Shown: positions 40,684-58,292 of the stretch, piece by piece | Layout: each line of letters opens with the position of its first letter | Numbering within the stretch: position 1 is the stretch's first letter | Origin: the human T2T-CHM13v2.0 reference genome, Homo sapiens | DNA length: 64,000 bases | Reading direction: 5' to 3' (one strand) | Assembly (NCBI RefSeq): GCF_009914755.1 | Contig: NC_060932.1 | Translations under genes and position numbers: made by a program | Notes under the pieces: model-generated | What the model saw: only the letters and a program-made list of their open reading frames with translations | The model's database searches: none | Told to the model about the DNA's origin: nothing

Positions 40684-43239
40684 ACACAGAGGCATTTGGA
40701 CTTCTTTGCCATCCCCACATCCTCCACTAAAAGCATCAGCTCCAGAATTCAGACATGTCCATGATGTGTTCATGCAGAGTCCTCAACTCAGTGTGGCTTG
40801 TGAAAGAAGCTCTGTGGGGATCGCCCTGGCTTCCCTGGAAATACTAGGATCACTGAGATGGCAGGTTCCACTGAGATATTACACTCAGTTGCCTATAAAA
40901 ACGTCACTCTTAAAACAGAAGTAGAAAATGTCACACTTTCAAGTCATAAACCTAGTTTTAAAATATAAGAAAGAAAAAAAAAGACAAAGAAGCTCCAGCC
41001 CCCCACAACGGAGCTCTGCACCTCTGTGAATGTGTGAGACCAAGGCATTGTCTTTGGGGCAGGATGAGGACACTTGAAGAAATGTCTCACGATGGGGAAG
41101 TTAAGTGGAAAATACAGGCTTCAATGGTTTAACAACAATCCCCTTTTCTGGCATATGGAGCTGGGCACTAAAAAGCACTACATCCCTCTTAAGCTAGTGG
41201 ACAGAGAGCCACACTTGTCCCCACTTCCAACCTTCCTCTAGCACCACGACGAACTGGATCTCTGGTGACTGTATGTGATTGTTTTCTCTAGGAGGATGCT
41301 ACAGACCAAATAATCACTTTCATCACTTTGAAGTTATGCAGCTTCTATGTTCTATGGTCATTTCCCCCAGGATAGAGGAGAGTGTTATATGGGGTTATTA
41401 TGAAAACCCTTTATTTGGGTGGTAGGATTGGGATCCTGTTTTCAAGAAGTGAGCTCCTCCAAGAATGAGGCACCAAGCTGTGCAGACCCATCTTTGACAT
41501 TTCTTCCTCACATCCTCTTACAGGGTGGCCTGACAGGGTAGGCAGAGCTTGAGCTTGCATCTTATAACACCAGGGTTTAATTCTAAGCTCCTGCTAGCTA
41601 ACTCAGTGACCATAGATAAATCAGTTGACCTCCTTAGCCTCAGCTTACACATCAGTAAATTGAGTATAATATAGTCCAGGGTCATTGAGATAATCAGAAG
41701 CAAAACTAGTCATAGCCGACATTTACAAAGTGCTCCCTATTTGCCAGGCACAATTCTATTATTTACAGGAGATCTTTCCTTTCTTCCTCATAGCAAATCT
41801 AGAAGGTGGTGTCATCATTCTCTGTGGTGCAGATGAAGAAGCAGAGCTTCCAAGGGGTGGAGAAGAAGCTGAAGTGTAGGAAGATTAAGTAATTTCCTAG
41901 TGGCCCCCTTGGTCCATGTATCCCTGGCAATCTACCTCAGGAATCTACATTTTTGCCCCCTACGCTCTAGCCACTTGCCTTGCTGATGTCTGTCCTGTGT
42001 CTGCCACATTGTCCTTGAGTCTCTGTACAGACCAGATGTCGTTTCCTTCATTAGACACAGGAGGACACTGACACCCAGAGCCGCCTGCCAGGCTCACCCA
42101 GTGATAAGTGGCCAATAAGAATCAGTGCCCAGGTATTTCCAAAGCACTTTTCTGTCTATTATTTCTTTTGCCAAAGCCCCACAAGGCAGGTACTGTTATC
42201 TCCAACTTAGATAAAACACTTGGAGTACAGAGAGGCCAAATGACTTCCCCAAGGTCTCATAGCCAAGTGGTAGCAAAGTCACAATGCAACCCCCAGTCAC
42301 CTGACCCTGTCCTAGGACATGGCAGGAAGCACAGGGTATGTCCCAAAGGACAATGCTGTTGTCAGTAAAATCACACACCGATGGAGAGGGTGGACAGGTG
42401 TCTCCCTTTATTGTCTCCTGGAAACACTACAAAACACTCCTTTCTGGTGTAGGGAAGTATATCTGGCTAAGCAAGAATTAAGTACTAGGGGTGGCATTAC
42501 GTATGTGCATGTGAAAGGGGGTGGTCATGCCTGCCTTAGAGAGACAAGGGGCATGTGGAGTAGGGGAGGACAGAATCACATAGAGGACCCCTAGGGAGAG
42601 AAAGAGAAAGACAGAGAGAGAGAAATCAGCCTCTCACTATGGGCTCAGAAAGGACCAGAAGACAGCCACTTGTGGGGTGTGTGTGTTTGTGTGTGTGTTT
42701 CATGGTCAGAAGGAGGTGCACAGAGTTTATGCTCAAGTCTCATTAGATTTCTAAGCACCTACATAAAATTTATTCATTTCCCTGGAATGATAATTTACTT
42801 ATTTGCCTCCCCAACCACCCTATTATCTCTGTGATGACAGAGGCTCTGTTTATTTATCTTTGCAGTATTTATTCTCCTAGAGATATTTGCATTTAAAGGA
42901 AAGGAAACCCTCAAAGATGCATTAATTTCAAGAACAACTTCTAATAACATCAGTGTTTTGCTTCTTAAAACATACCTAAGGCTTTATCATGTAGAGAGTT
43001 GGCCAAAATGTACCTAATAAGACTGAATGCCTGGGGGACATGCAAAGTAGGCCACTGGTGAGGCAAAAGAGCCATGGTCAGAGAAGAAGTTAGGAAGTTC
43101 ATTCTGAGAATAAGAGGAGGAGGCGTTAGCCTTACTTATGAGCATGCTGACTACACAGAAAATGCTTAAACAGAACATACATTCTGCTTCCATAAGTTTG
43201 GTCAAAACCACCTTGAATGTCAGCTGAAAACTGATGTGA

Positions 43240-44354
<1,115 letters not shown>

Positions 44355-44909
44355 TCAGCTATCTTACCTTTGAGAAAACTTGTTAACAGTCCTTCCTTGC
44401 TGTTCAAGTTCTTTCCCCCTCCCCCGCTCTTTAGTTTCCTTCACTGGGCTTGAGCTGGTAGACCTGTGGATTTCTAATTCCATCCCCATCTTTTTTTTGA
44501 CCTGTACTAACAGCACCATATGTTATACAAGTTCAACTTCTTACCGTGGCCAGCACTGGTCTGATTTCTTCTGCAGGCTCATTTTATGCTCATTATTTTA
44601 CCATGAGCTCTCTGCTCCAGGCTTCTGAACTTCCATTATTTCTCCAGATCTAATGCTGGGCCTTCATACATGGCTATGAACAGGTATGCTTCCCCCAGCC
44701 TTTACCTGGTTACTCCTATTTACCAGCAAATGCCACCTCCTGGGAGGCAATATAGCATTATGGTTCTAAATGTGGATTCTTGAAATAGCCTGGGTTGTCC
44801 CTAGTTCTGCCCTCACCCAGGTGTGGACCCTCCACAGCTGTTCTTTCTCTAAGAGGTCCCTGTTCTGGGGGCATCTCTGCAGGTGTGAGAGCCAGCTTCC
44901 CCCACCCCT

Positions 44910-45520
44910 TTTAAAACAATAACAGCTTTATTGAGATATCATTCACATACCATTACAATTCACTCTTTTAAAACGCACAATTCAATAGTTTTTAGCATAT
45001 TCAGGGTTGTGCAACCATTACCACGATCAATTTTAAAGCATTTTCATTATTCCCCCTCAAAAAATTCCACACCCATTAGCAATCACTCGCCTCCCCACTG
45101 TCAACTCTAAGTAGCCACTAATCGACCTTCTGTCTTTATAGATTTGTCTATTGTGGACATTTTATATAAATGAAATCATACAATATATGTGGTCTTTGGT
45201 GACTGACTTATTTCACTTAACATAATGGTTCCAAGGTTGGCCCGTGTTGTAACAGGTATCAGTACCTCATTCTTTTTTTATTGTTGAATAACCATTGCAT
45301 GGAAATACCATCTTTTATTTATTATCATCAGTTGGTTGGACATTTGATTTGCTTCCACTTTTTGCTGTCATGCATAATGTTATTTGGACATTCATGTACA
45401 AATTTTTGTGTGGACATATGTTTTCAATTTTCTTGAATATATACATAGGAGTAGAAATTCTGGGTTGTACGATAAGGCTATGGTTAACCTTTAGAGCAAC
45501 TGCCAGATTGTTTTTCAATG
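44910..45520 (-). mobile_element. L1MB-type 3' end
   Basis: acagctttattgagata...ttgtgcaaccattaccac...tataaatgaaatcatacaata. Confidence 0.85.
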
Positions 45521-45939
45521 GTCCCAGGACTCTTTGTTCCCAGACCCACTCCCAGTTCTTCCTCTGCTAGTCTCTAAGTGGCAGGAGGGCTGACCCCTGC
45601 AGGCTGTTTGTCAGCTGGAAGCACGGAGGGTGAGAGGAAGGAAGAAACCGAGGCATTTCTCTCTTCCCTCTTATTTCCTTCCACTCCAGCCTCAGGCAGC
45701 CTCTCCAACAATCCTGTGTCTCTCTCCTCATGCTGGCCCTCTCTAATTCCAGCTTTCCGTGTGTGACACTAGCTCTTAGTTTCCATAACATACCCTCCTT
45801 TTCTCTCCCTCTATCTGGGGAGTGCTGGGTGCTTTCTGCTGGTGAAAATCCCCTGTTGGGCCTCTCATTCCTTTCATCACTGGTGTAACTAACCTGAATT
45901 CTCTTGTAATAGTTACAGCTGTTTCTGTTTTCTAGCCTA

Positions 45940-46465
45940 TATTTGACCCTTAAACAATACAGGGGGTAGGGGTGCCAACCCCCCACCCCACCACACAATA
46001 AAAAATTCACGTATAGCTTTGGGCTCCCCCACAATTAATTACTGATGGCCTTCTGTTGCCTGGAGCATTACTGATAATATAAAATCAATTAACATACATT
46101 TTGTATCTTATATGTATTATATGCTGTATTCTTACAATAAAGAAAGCTAAAGAAAGAAAATGTTATTAAGAAAATCATAAGGAAGAAAAATATACTTACT
46201 ATTTGTTAAGTGGAAGTGGATCATCATAAAGGTCTTCCTCCTTGTCATCTTCACACTGAGTAGGCTGAGGAGGATGAGAAAGAGGAAGGATTGGTCTCTC
46301 TGTCTCAGGGAGATGGCAGAGGTGGAAGAAACTCTGTATAAATAGGGACCCACACAGTTCTAACCTGTCTTGTTCTAGTATCAACTAGGGATGGCAGAGG
46401 TGGAAGAAACTCTGTACAAATAGGGACCCACACAGTTCTAACCTGTCTTTTTCTAGTATCAACTA
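45940..46465. mobile_element. Tigger2a (MER28)-like DNA transposon with duplicated end
   Basis: ttgacccttaaacaa terminus; aagtggaagtggatcatcataaaggtcttc; 78-bp tandem duplication 46310-46387/46388-46465. Confidence 0.85.
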
Positions 46466-46789
46466 TATATGCACTGCATACAATACCAATGCACTTATCT
46501 GTTTACTGACCTGAATCCAAGCAGAATGTAAGGGTCCTGTGGGTGGGGGGCTACCTCGTTATATCTACCCTTGTATCTGGAGTGCCTGGCCTAGAATGGA
46601 TCTTTAATAAATATTTATTGAATGATGAAATAATGACTAAAGGGGTAAATTACTAGAAAATTTTCCTGGCAACTGTCAAGGATTGTTCTTCTTTCCAACT
46701 CCTTTTCACTCCTATTTCATCTCTGCACAATTTCAAACTCTTATTCCTGTGCACATAGCCCATTTCGCAGCTCCTCTAAAAGTCAGAAT

Positions 46790-48230
<1,441 letters not shown>

Positions 48231-48669
48231 GATATTTGCCATAGCAGTGGAAGGGCTACTCTAAGGAAACGTGCCTTCGGAGTTTCCCACCCCACCCTTG
48301 TCATGGCAGGGTTAGGAACACACTCTGCAATCAGAAAGAACTAGGTTCAGACTCTAGCTCTAAGAGTTAATGACCTTGAGCCAAGTATTTAACCCCTGCA
48401 ACTGGAAGTCTCGTTGGTAAATTCATATTTCATCAGGGCTTGTGCAGACCAAGACACAAAACATGGAAACAAGATGTTCCACCCAAGCCTGCACCATTAT
48501 GTGTATTCCACATAAACTACAGTGTGGGTGCTGCCTGAGAATCTGGGATAATTTTTAAAGTCCCAAATATTCACAGACCTGGATACTTAGTCTCACCTCT
48601 GAAATTAGTTGTTAACTGTGGAAGAAGCTAGCTTGCTGGTTTTGAAGCATGAGATCTGAGATGTTACCT

Positions 48670-49313
48670 TATTATGTCAATAAACAGATAATTTTAGTAG
48701 ACACATTAACAACATTTAAATAGAAATTTGGGGTAATTAATAGATAAATGAGAAATAGCAGGTGGAAAAAGTTTCCATTTTCTACGCTTTCTTTTCCAAA
48801 ACACCTTTAAAAATCCTTTTCAAAGATAATTCTCCTTAATATTTAATATGTAATTTCCTCTTCACCCCATAAACGTTTACATTGATGTAATGTATATATT
48901 CAGTAAGTTATATTTAATAAAAAGCCTGCCATATACAGGGTCATCATTGACCTCTCATTCACTTATTTACTCCACTTCATTTATTCATCGCACAAGTGTT
49001 TACTGAACACCTAATATGTAAGAGACTGTGCTGGGCCCTTAAGGTAATGCACGAGTAAATAAAAGATTTTACTTTCATAAAATTTACAATTTAAGGAAGG
49101 ACAGAGATTAAGACCTGCACACGAATATCAGTCACCTCACATTTATAAAGGTACAAAAATGGAAAATGATAATTCAGAGAAGGAGATCAATTGCTTCCAT
49201 ATGGGTCATCCAGTTGTACTCAATCTTCTTTGAACTGCTTTGCACTTAATCCTCTATGTGCCTTGGTTCCACAGAACCAGCAGGAAAAAGGCAGAGGTTA
49301 ACAAATAGAAAGG
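48670..49313 (-). pseudogene. Decayed coding segment split by an L2 fragment (48955-49126)
   Basis: SCWFCGTKAHRGLSAKQFKED*VQLDDPYGSN*SPSLNYHFPFLYLYKCE | VNDDPVYGRLFIKYN, joined in frame across the L2. Confidence 0.55.
48955..49126 (-). mobile_element. L2 3' end
   Basis: tcattcac...tttactgaacacctaatatgt...actgtgctggg. Confidence 0.65.
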
Positions 49314-49318
49314 CCTCA

Positions 49319-50916
49319 GGCTGCTGCTACTGTCCTGGCTCTTCTGCCTGCTCTTGCTCAGATCCACCAACCTCCTACTTATTACGTCTGGAGCCTTGTC
49401 CAGTTCTCATCTACATGGCTATCTGATGGGACTGGCCACCTCCTCCATGGAGCTACCTTTCCCCAGTTTCTCCTGGTTCAATCCCTATCTCTTTCTCAGT
49501 CCTGTGGGTACTTCACTGAATCACCCTGCTGTGATCATGCCTTTAGATAAGGGTCCGTTGGACCTTCTTTTCCTCTTAGAAGAGAGAAATCTCCAAGGTT
49601 CACAAAAATATTGCCTCATCCATATTGTATTTATTTTAGTAGCAGCAATAATATCTATAGTGTTTTTAATAGGCTAACTATAATAAACTAGGGGAACTGA
49701 ATGAGGTACAAATGATTTATTTATGACAAAAAGACATAATATAAACTTAGCTCTCATTGCCTTATTAAGTTTGGGGATTATACAGGAGAAAGGACTCTAA
49801 AGATGCTTGGTCAAGTAGGGAGAAAGGTAGAGTTTATTGACTCAGATGTATTCCTCTGAAATACAGATTTTACCATCTTGCCAAGGTCTCCAGGAGGTGG
49901 TGTGAATTTGTAATCCTGGAAGTGTGGATAAAACAAAGCCTTATGCTGAGCAAAGTTGAAATGCTAGCATTCCTAGGGTAGATGATGGAGGAAGGAATGA
50001 AAAGTCTCATGGAAGTCAACATGCCAGAATTGACTTACCATGTTCATATTGAGGAAGACCCATCAGATGACTCATGGGAAGGGTCAGAGGACAACCCTTT
50101 TACCAAAAACATAAGGAATACTCTGTTGAGAAGTCACCAGCAACACAAAAACTGGTGAATCTCCTTGGTAGGCCAGGGATGACGTAGAAGAGGCTCTTAA
50201 AGAGTTTGGCTTGCAGATAGCAATGGGGATGATAGACTCTTAAAGCAATGAAGGTCAGGCGGCAGCACTGAACTGCCAGAACCTGGAAGTTGCAACTACC
50301 ACAACTGTCAGGCAAGAGGGCCCGACAAACAGAGGATTATGGAGATGATTCATAGAATATGGCATCCTTTGAGGCAAAGCACATAGAGGGAACATGGGTA
50401 ATACTTAGATTATATGAGCAGAAGAAATCAAGAATGAATGATCACCAAAGTGGTAGCTGAACATGTGAAGTTTTTCACACTAACTTCCCTCTTCTAAGTT
50501 TCCCTTAGGAAGAGAAGCCCACCAGAATCACGGAAAGCAGAATCTTCCAACGTATTTGGAGAAGAAGATCCAAGCAGAGCAAGGGGTGGGCTGTGGCATA
50601 TATGTAAGTGTGCTTCCCAGATCCTCTTCCTAGGAAGAACTTTCTGCCAGCTACAGTACGTGTGGTCAGCATACACTACAGCCTCTAGTAGTGTGTTCCT
50701 TCAGGGTTTGACTCTGCTGCTTCACTCAGGTTGAAGCTTTTCCTAGGGCAGCTAGTGATTGGGTTGGATGGGAATAATCTCACCCTTACTAGTCTCCCTT
50801 ACTACTCCTTGTTGTTTGTCCTAGCAAGTAGTCCCTCTTATTAAACCCTCCTTGCATTTTCTTAATTTGAGAGTGCCTTCACTCTGATTGATACTATAAC
50901 CACTAAGACTGATACA
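49319..50916 (+). mobile_element. Deleted ERVL provirus (HERV16/ERV3-16A3-like gag remnant ~49760-50400 plus 3' LTR ~50590-50916)
   Basis: Decayed ERVL gag motifs (VEM..PW..EEG..L.EV, EG.ED.PFTK.IRN.L.R, AMGMI, GQ.AALN); LTR ends gactgataca. The left boundary is inferred from the frame junction. Confidence 0.7.
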
Positions 50917-51706
50917 CCTATGGAGACACCCATAAATACATGATTTGGGGGAGGCACATTTTAAGATTCTGCTTCATGTGTTGGGTCAGTGCAAAAGCCA
51001 GTAAAAGCCAGTAAATTACCAACATAAAAACATGGGTCTGGAATATATATTCCACTCTAAGTTTTCCGGAAGGTTTTTTTGTGTGTATTCCCATCAGCTC
51101 ATACATGATGCAATTTATTCTTCATTCCAAGTAACTGATTGCCTGTCTTCAATGTCACCCGCTGAATATGGCACTGACTGGCCACCGTCAATCAGCCTAG
51201 ACTCAATCTCTTTTCAACACTGCAGATCTTGCCAGGCTGAAGAAAGCATTTGTTCTCTAGGGGCTTCCAAAAATATTGACAGTTTTTGGAAGAGATTCAA
51301 CACTAATTTTGGGGACTTTCTATTTTTCTTTTCCATGGTGACAGCTTTCCTGACAGCATGAGGCTAAGCATTTCTGCTATTTAAATGGTAATTTTTAAAA
51401 AGATGATGATGATCTCATCTCTGTAGCTTTGTCTGGGTAGGCATGAGTAGCAGAAACATCTCATATGCCAGACTGCATAATGAGCTTTTGAGAAGATGAT
51501 GGTGCATTGGATTGCTAACACAACTGTGGTCTTGGGGTCAGGCTCCTTCTGTGTACCCATGGCATCTGAGTTATTACATATGGGGTACCTTTGCTTCTAA
51601 AAATGGAACAGCTGGCATTTTCTTTTCCAGTTGGTCATTGGAAGCTCCTCTCTGTGGGGATTATATTTGTGGCAGATGCCTTCTTCTCAAGGTATGCTAG
51701 ACGTGC
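50917..51706 (-). pseudogene. Decayed dCMP-deaminase-like domain plus long C-terminal continuation
   Basis: Ordered motifs YN (51660-51665), RGASNDQL, K-YPYVI (51572-51591), KLIMQSGI (51464-51487), AYPD (51431-51442) follow DCTD order and spacing; then LVLNLFQKL..EIESRLIDGG..WNEE..LPENLEW.IYSRP. Confidence 0.7.
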
Positions 51707-52009
51707 CATTCCTCAAATGTGTCCTTTACTGTACAGTATTCAGTTCTTTGCAGTTCCCTCCACCTGGAATGCCTGCTCCCTCATTTCCACATGTCCAACT
51801 TCTACTCATTGTAGAATTGCCATTGACTCCATAAAGTCTTCCTCCAATCTCTCATGTTGAATTTAGCATTTTTCTTATCTGAACATCCGTAACATTATAA
51901 TTCTATGATAACTTAGAAATAATACGGTGTAACATTTTAGTTTTCAAAGCATTTTACACATACATTATTTAATCCTCACAGTTTATGACATTATCCCCTT
52001 AGTTTGTTT

Positions 52010-52265
52010 CAAGGCTTGCGTGTTATGCCAGTCATTGGTATTGTTCATCCAACAGTCCCAGTTCTCTTGACACATAATAATGTTATACCTTCCTGTCCCT
52101 GTGAATTTAGGCACAGCCATGAGACTTGCTTTGGCCAAGAAAACAGAACACATATGTCATTTCTGGGCTACAGCTTTAAGAGCCAGAGTGCAATTTGCAT
52201 CACTTTCTTTTTCTCCCATCAGAATGACCAATGATGTTTGAGATTGTGGCTGCTCTGACAGCCTG
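52010..52265 (+). mobile_element. Old MLT1 LTR fragment
   Basis: gccatgagacttgctttggccaa...agctttaagagccagagtg. Confidence 0.6.
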
Positions 52266-53254
52266 GATTTTTCTGCTAGGTGCTAGGGATACAGATAGGT
52301 AAGAATGATTCCAGCCAGGAGTGCTCGAGCCTGGCGCAGAATTACTGGCACTAGTGTTAGCACATTACTAGTGCTGGTGCATGGGTTACTCTGATAAAAT
52401 TAAATATTACTATATTGGAAATATTTTCAAAATAATGTAGGTGTATGGGAAAAAAAAATCCTGAACTTGCCTGGAAAGACTTATGGAAACATTTACATTT
52501 GAACTGATACTTGAAGGATGAGTACATGTTAGCCAGGCCAAAAAAGTGGAAGTGGGTTGCTTCAGAACAAAGACCACGAGAAAGGTATACAGGTAGAAAA
52601 ACTGCTTTCAAGGACAGAAGAGACAGATTGAATGAATATGAGATCATAGAGATTATGATGAAGGCCAACACCCTGGTGTATTCATAAACACTCATCTTTA
52701 TTTTTATATGGCAACACAGTAGGCACTGAGTAAATGATTGCTCATGTCTCTCTTCACATGTCAAGCTCTATACTGTTTTTTTTGAGGTCAGAATAGAGAA
52801 CAATTTCACATTCTCTGTGTAAATTTTGTATATGAGACCCGACTTTCTTTTCCCCAATGCCTGACCCTTGCTTTGGAAAAGACATGGCTTCGTTAGTAAA
52901 TGCCCTGATTCAAAACTGTCAAAGATTCTTCATCCACTACCTTCAGGAGAAAGTTCAAACTCCTGGGAAGGCATTCAAGGTCATTCACAATCTGTCCCCA
53001 AGCTATCTCTCTAGGATCAATTGTTCTCTGTTCATGTTCATATGGAACATGTATCCTGAACTTTCAACTCTCTGAGCCTTCATCTGTCATTTCGTCCACC
53101 TTGAAGGCCCTTTCACTCCTTTTCTCCCAAGCAAATTCATACTCATCTTTCAAGACCTAACTTAAATATCACCTCCTAGATGAAGTCAAATTCTTTCCTG
53201 ATTCCCTTTCTCCAACAGAGTAAATCTCTTTCCTCTCTGTTGCTTTCTCTCTTT

Positions 53255-54300
53255 TTGTAAGAGGGATTTTTTTCCCCATTGGTTTTTGGCAGTTTTAATA
53301 TGATCTGCTTAAATGTAATTTTGTTTTTAGTTATTCAGTTTAGGATTTGTAGAGATTTCTGCATCTTTAGCTTGATGTCTTTAGTCAGATTTAGAAAATT
53401 TCCAACCACTACCTCATTAAGTATAGCTTCTGCCCTATTCTTGATCTTCTGTCTTTTTAGGGCTCCATTACCCTCTCTTCTATAGTTACCTGTATTTTCT
53501 CTGTTCCCATCTCATTCTAGATATTTTTCAACTCCAAAATTCTCCTCTCAGCTTGGTTTAATCTGCTGTTAAAGTAATCCATTGAGTTTTAAATTTCAGT
53601 TACTTCATTTTTCAGCTCTAAAATTTTAATTTTTTTGATATTTCGAATTCACTACCAAAATTCCCAATCCTTTCTTTAATCTTCCAGAATATATAATGTA
53701 CATTTATTTTAAAGTCTGAAGTTGATAACTGTATTATTCACATCATCTATGAGTCTACTTCCATTACGTGTTCTATTTTCCATTTATATCAGCTTGTCTC
53801 CTTGTGGGCTTGGTTGTTTTTTATTGATTTACTTACACTGTATTTTAAAACTAGGCAAAGTGAATAATAGGTGTTGCTTGACTACAATCCCTGATACAGA
53901 GGGATTATATGAGATGAGACCTATGATTGTTCCATTTTTCCACCGAGGGTAACTTTCTACAATATGGAAGAGGAAGATGAAGCCCAAACACAGCAGAGTG
54001 GTTCTGGTGAGCTGAAGAGAAAGAGATCAGAGCTTGGAGATGCTGAAGAGGCTGGAGTTTGTGGGTCAGCATGTCAGAGAGACAGGAGGGAGCTACGCAG
54101 CTAAAGAGCTCCAGAGATATGCATACAGTCCACTTAAATCTTTGAACAAATACTAATCTGTGCATGCAAAGAATGAGACCCCTACTGAGCACGGCAGAGA
54201 AGCTGTGAACTGAATGGAGATTCTGCAGGCCACACAATGCTGGGGACATAGGAGTTCCAACCAGCCAGGGAAATCTTGGGGAACCACCAGTTTACTCAGT
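53255..54300. mobile_element. Old L1M fragments (minus-strand piece ~53255-53850; 5'UTR-like plus-strand piece ~53930-54290)
   Basis: ttaatctgctgttaaagtaatccattgagttttaaatttcag; agagctccagagatatgca...aatactaatctgtgcatgc. Confidence 0.6.
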
Positions 54301-54433
54301 TGACATCCCCAAAGCCCTTTTTGAATTGAAGTGTCTATTAAAGTTATTTTATGCTTATCTCAGCATTGTATGCTTGGGGTTGGAAGGGAGTTAATTTGCT
54401 CATGGGTTTTCAGTTTGAGAAGAACCATATTTA

Positions 54434-54745
<312 letters not shown>

Positions 54746-55021
54746 GCAAACCCAATGAGTCCAATGAATCTCATCTGTACCCAGAACTAATTTAGATGAT
54801 GAGATCCTGAATTTCAAGCTAGAACTACAATAGCATGGAATCTTGGGGGTCTTGGGAAGGGATGGCTGCATTTGCATGTGAAGAAATAATTTATTATAAG
54901 AAGATGGAGTGAGGTAAAGATGACCACAAATCCTTTGACACTCCTCCTATTGAGAAGTGGGATCTATACCTCCTTGACCCCTGAGATCAGCTTTTAGGTA
55001 AACAAGTCCATGCAGGACCTA

Positions 55022-55920
55022 TCTTATGTCTGTCTTGGGAATCTTGGGTTCAAGCAGGCCCCTCTCTTCTTGGCAATTTCCCTACCACAGAATCCTCCTT
55101 AGTGGTTGTTTTTTCTATAGTAATACAGGGATAGGCCAGGAAATGTGGCCAAGCAGAATCCCCATTAAGAAATAAGTTTCTGGCCGGGCACGGTGGTTCA
55201 CGCCTGTAATCTCAATACTTTGGAAGGCAGAGGCGGGAAGGTCACTTGAGGCCAGGAGTTTGAGACCAGCCTGGCCAACATGGTGAAACCCTGTCTCTAC
55301 TAAAAATACAAAAATTAGCTAGATGTGGTAGTGTTCACCTATAATCCCAGCTACTCAGGAGGCTGAGGTAGGAGAATCATTTGAACTTAGGAGGCAGAGG
55401 TTGCAGCGAGCCAAAGGTAGCAGTGAGCCAAGATTGTGCCACTGCACTTGAGCCTGGGCAACAGAGCAAGACTCTGTCTCAAAAAAAAAAAAAAAAAGAT
55501 AAGAAAGAAGTTTCTCTTGATATGATGAACATCTTTGAGCAGAAGACACTTTTATGTGATTCTGATTATTTCTTGAGGTTGTATGATCAGACGCAGAACT
55601 TTGAGGTCATAGGACATAAACCTATTTAAAATTCTTGCTATACCTTAAAAATGTTCTTTCCAAAAATGTTCCAGTTTACATCACAGTAATAGTTCTGAGA
55701 AGCTCAGATATGATAGATCTTGAAGGGGAAATCAAAGGCACATGGGGTTTTCCCTGTCCATAGAAAATGACATAATCTCCTGGTGTCTCTGCCAAAAGCA
55801 ATTCTCTGTTGGGTGGACTGTGAAGCGTGACTGCTTTTTAAGCCAACGAAAGGCTGTCTAAAAATGGGATTTTACACACTTTTTTTCAAGTGAGTGGGAG
55901 CCAGTTGGCTGTAGATCTGA
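55022..55920 (-). pseudogene. Decayed coding segment including the probable N-terminal motif of the deaminase domain; split by an Alu
   Basis: 55022-55052 reads (*)TQD/PKTDIR, resembling RSKDPNSQVG / RTEDPKTGVG; the 55516-55920 island reads FLWTGK..FDFPFKIYH..YYCDVNWNIFGK. Confidence 0.45.
55182..55497 (+). mobile_element. AluS with a short internal duplication
   Basis: TSD AAGAAA(T/G)AAGTTTCT at 55167-55181 and 55501-55515. Confidence 0.95.
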
Positions 55921-56194
55921 GTTTAGACAGAGGAAAGTTTGAACTGAACTACAATTTTTTTTTTAAATGGGAGATTCACTTGGGGATTTTCTTTTTACAT
56001 CTAAAACCTTCTGCAATAGAATTGGAATGCATTTAGCACTCAGAGATGATTTCTAAACCAGCTTCAAATCCTGACTTGTTAGCTGGATGGTCTTGAATGT
56101 GGAACTTCACCTCTGTAACTGAGTTTCCCTCACTGTACAATGAGGTTAATAACACTTGCCTCTAAGTGTTGCTGAAATATTAGAAAGAGTATCT

Positions 56195-57460
<1,266 letters not shown>

Positions 57461-58292
57461 GAAAGGTATATTGTAGATGTTCAATAAGTAATAGTTATTA
57501 TGAGTTTTACAGTATTACATTAGCCTCACTTAACCACATATGTCATGAAAGGGATGTGCTGGTGAGCTTAACTTTCTGACTTATTTTGAATTAAATTACT
57601 GTTGGTGAAAATTTTAAATTTTAAATCGTATTTTTAAAAATAATGCTTTCCTAAAAAAGTAAATAGATTAAAATTACTCTTCTTGCTTATTTAACCCCCA
57701 AAGCTCATGGAATGGCCTTCATCAGGTTGAATGAAAAAACAAAGGTGTCTCTGCAGACAGCAGTAAGCCCCAGCTCTGCCTCTCTCCTCTCTCGTCCTCC
57801 TAGCAAAATCTTGTGATGGGATGGGATACTGGCGATGACAGGCCAAGTGAGTCCTGCTCACTCACTCTTCTAAGAAGTGTAATTTCTTTCCTTAGGTACA
57901 GGCAGGACCTGGGACTCTTCCTACCTGCTGTGACAGCTGAGCTCCTCTTTAGCTGATGGCATGCTGAGGCCTGTGCACTGCGGAGGTATGTGGGCCAAGT
58001 TTAAACCCTGCTTCCTCTGCCTATTTGCTGTGTGTGGTCCAACATCAATGACTGAACTTCTCTGCCCAATTTGTTTATCTGTAAAAGGGGAACTTTGAGA
58101 CCTCCTAGAATTTCTCACAGGTTAAAGGTGAGGTCTGAATACTGCTGGCTTTATGCCTAGTGCATAGCTGGCCCTAAGGTCATTGGTCACTTTTCCCTCT
58201 CAGAGAGGGTCACAGGCACTTCGGGCACCTCAATGCCATACTTGTCCTCGCTCTGCCAGGGTTCTGACCAGTGGAGACATGTCTAATGATCA

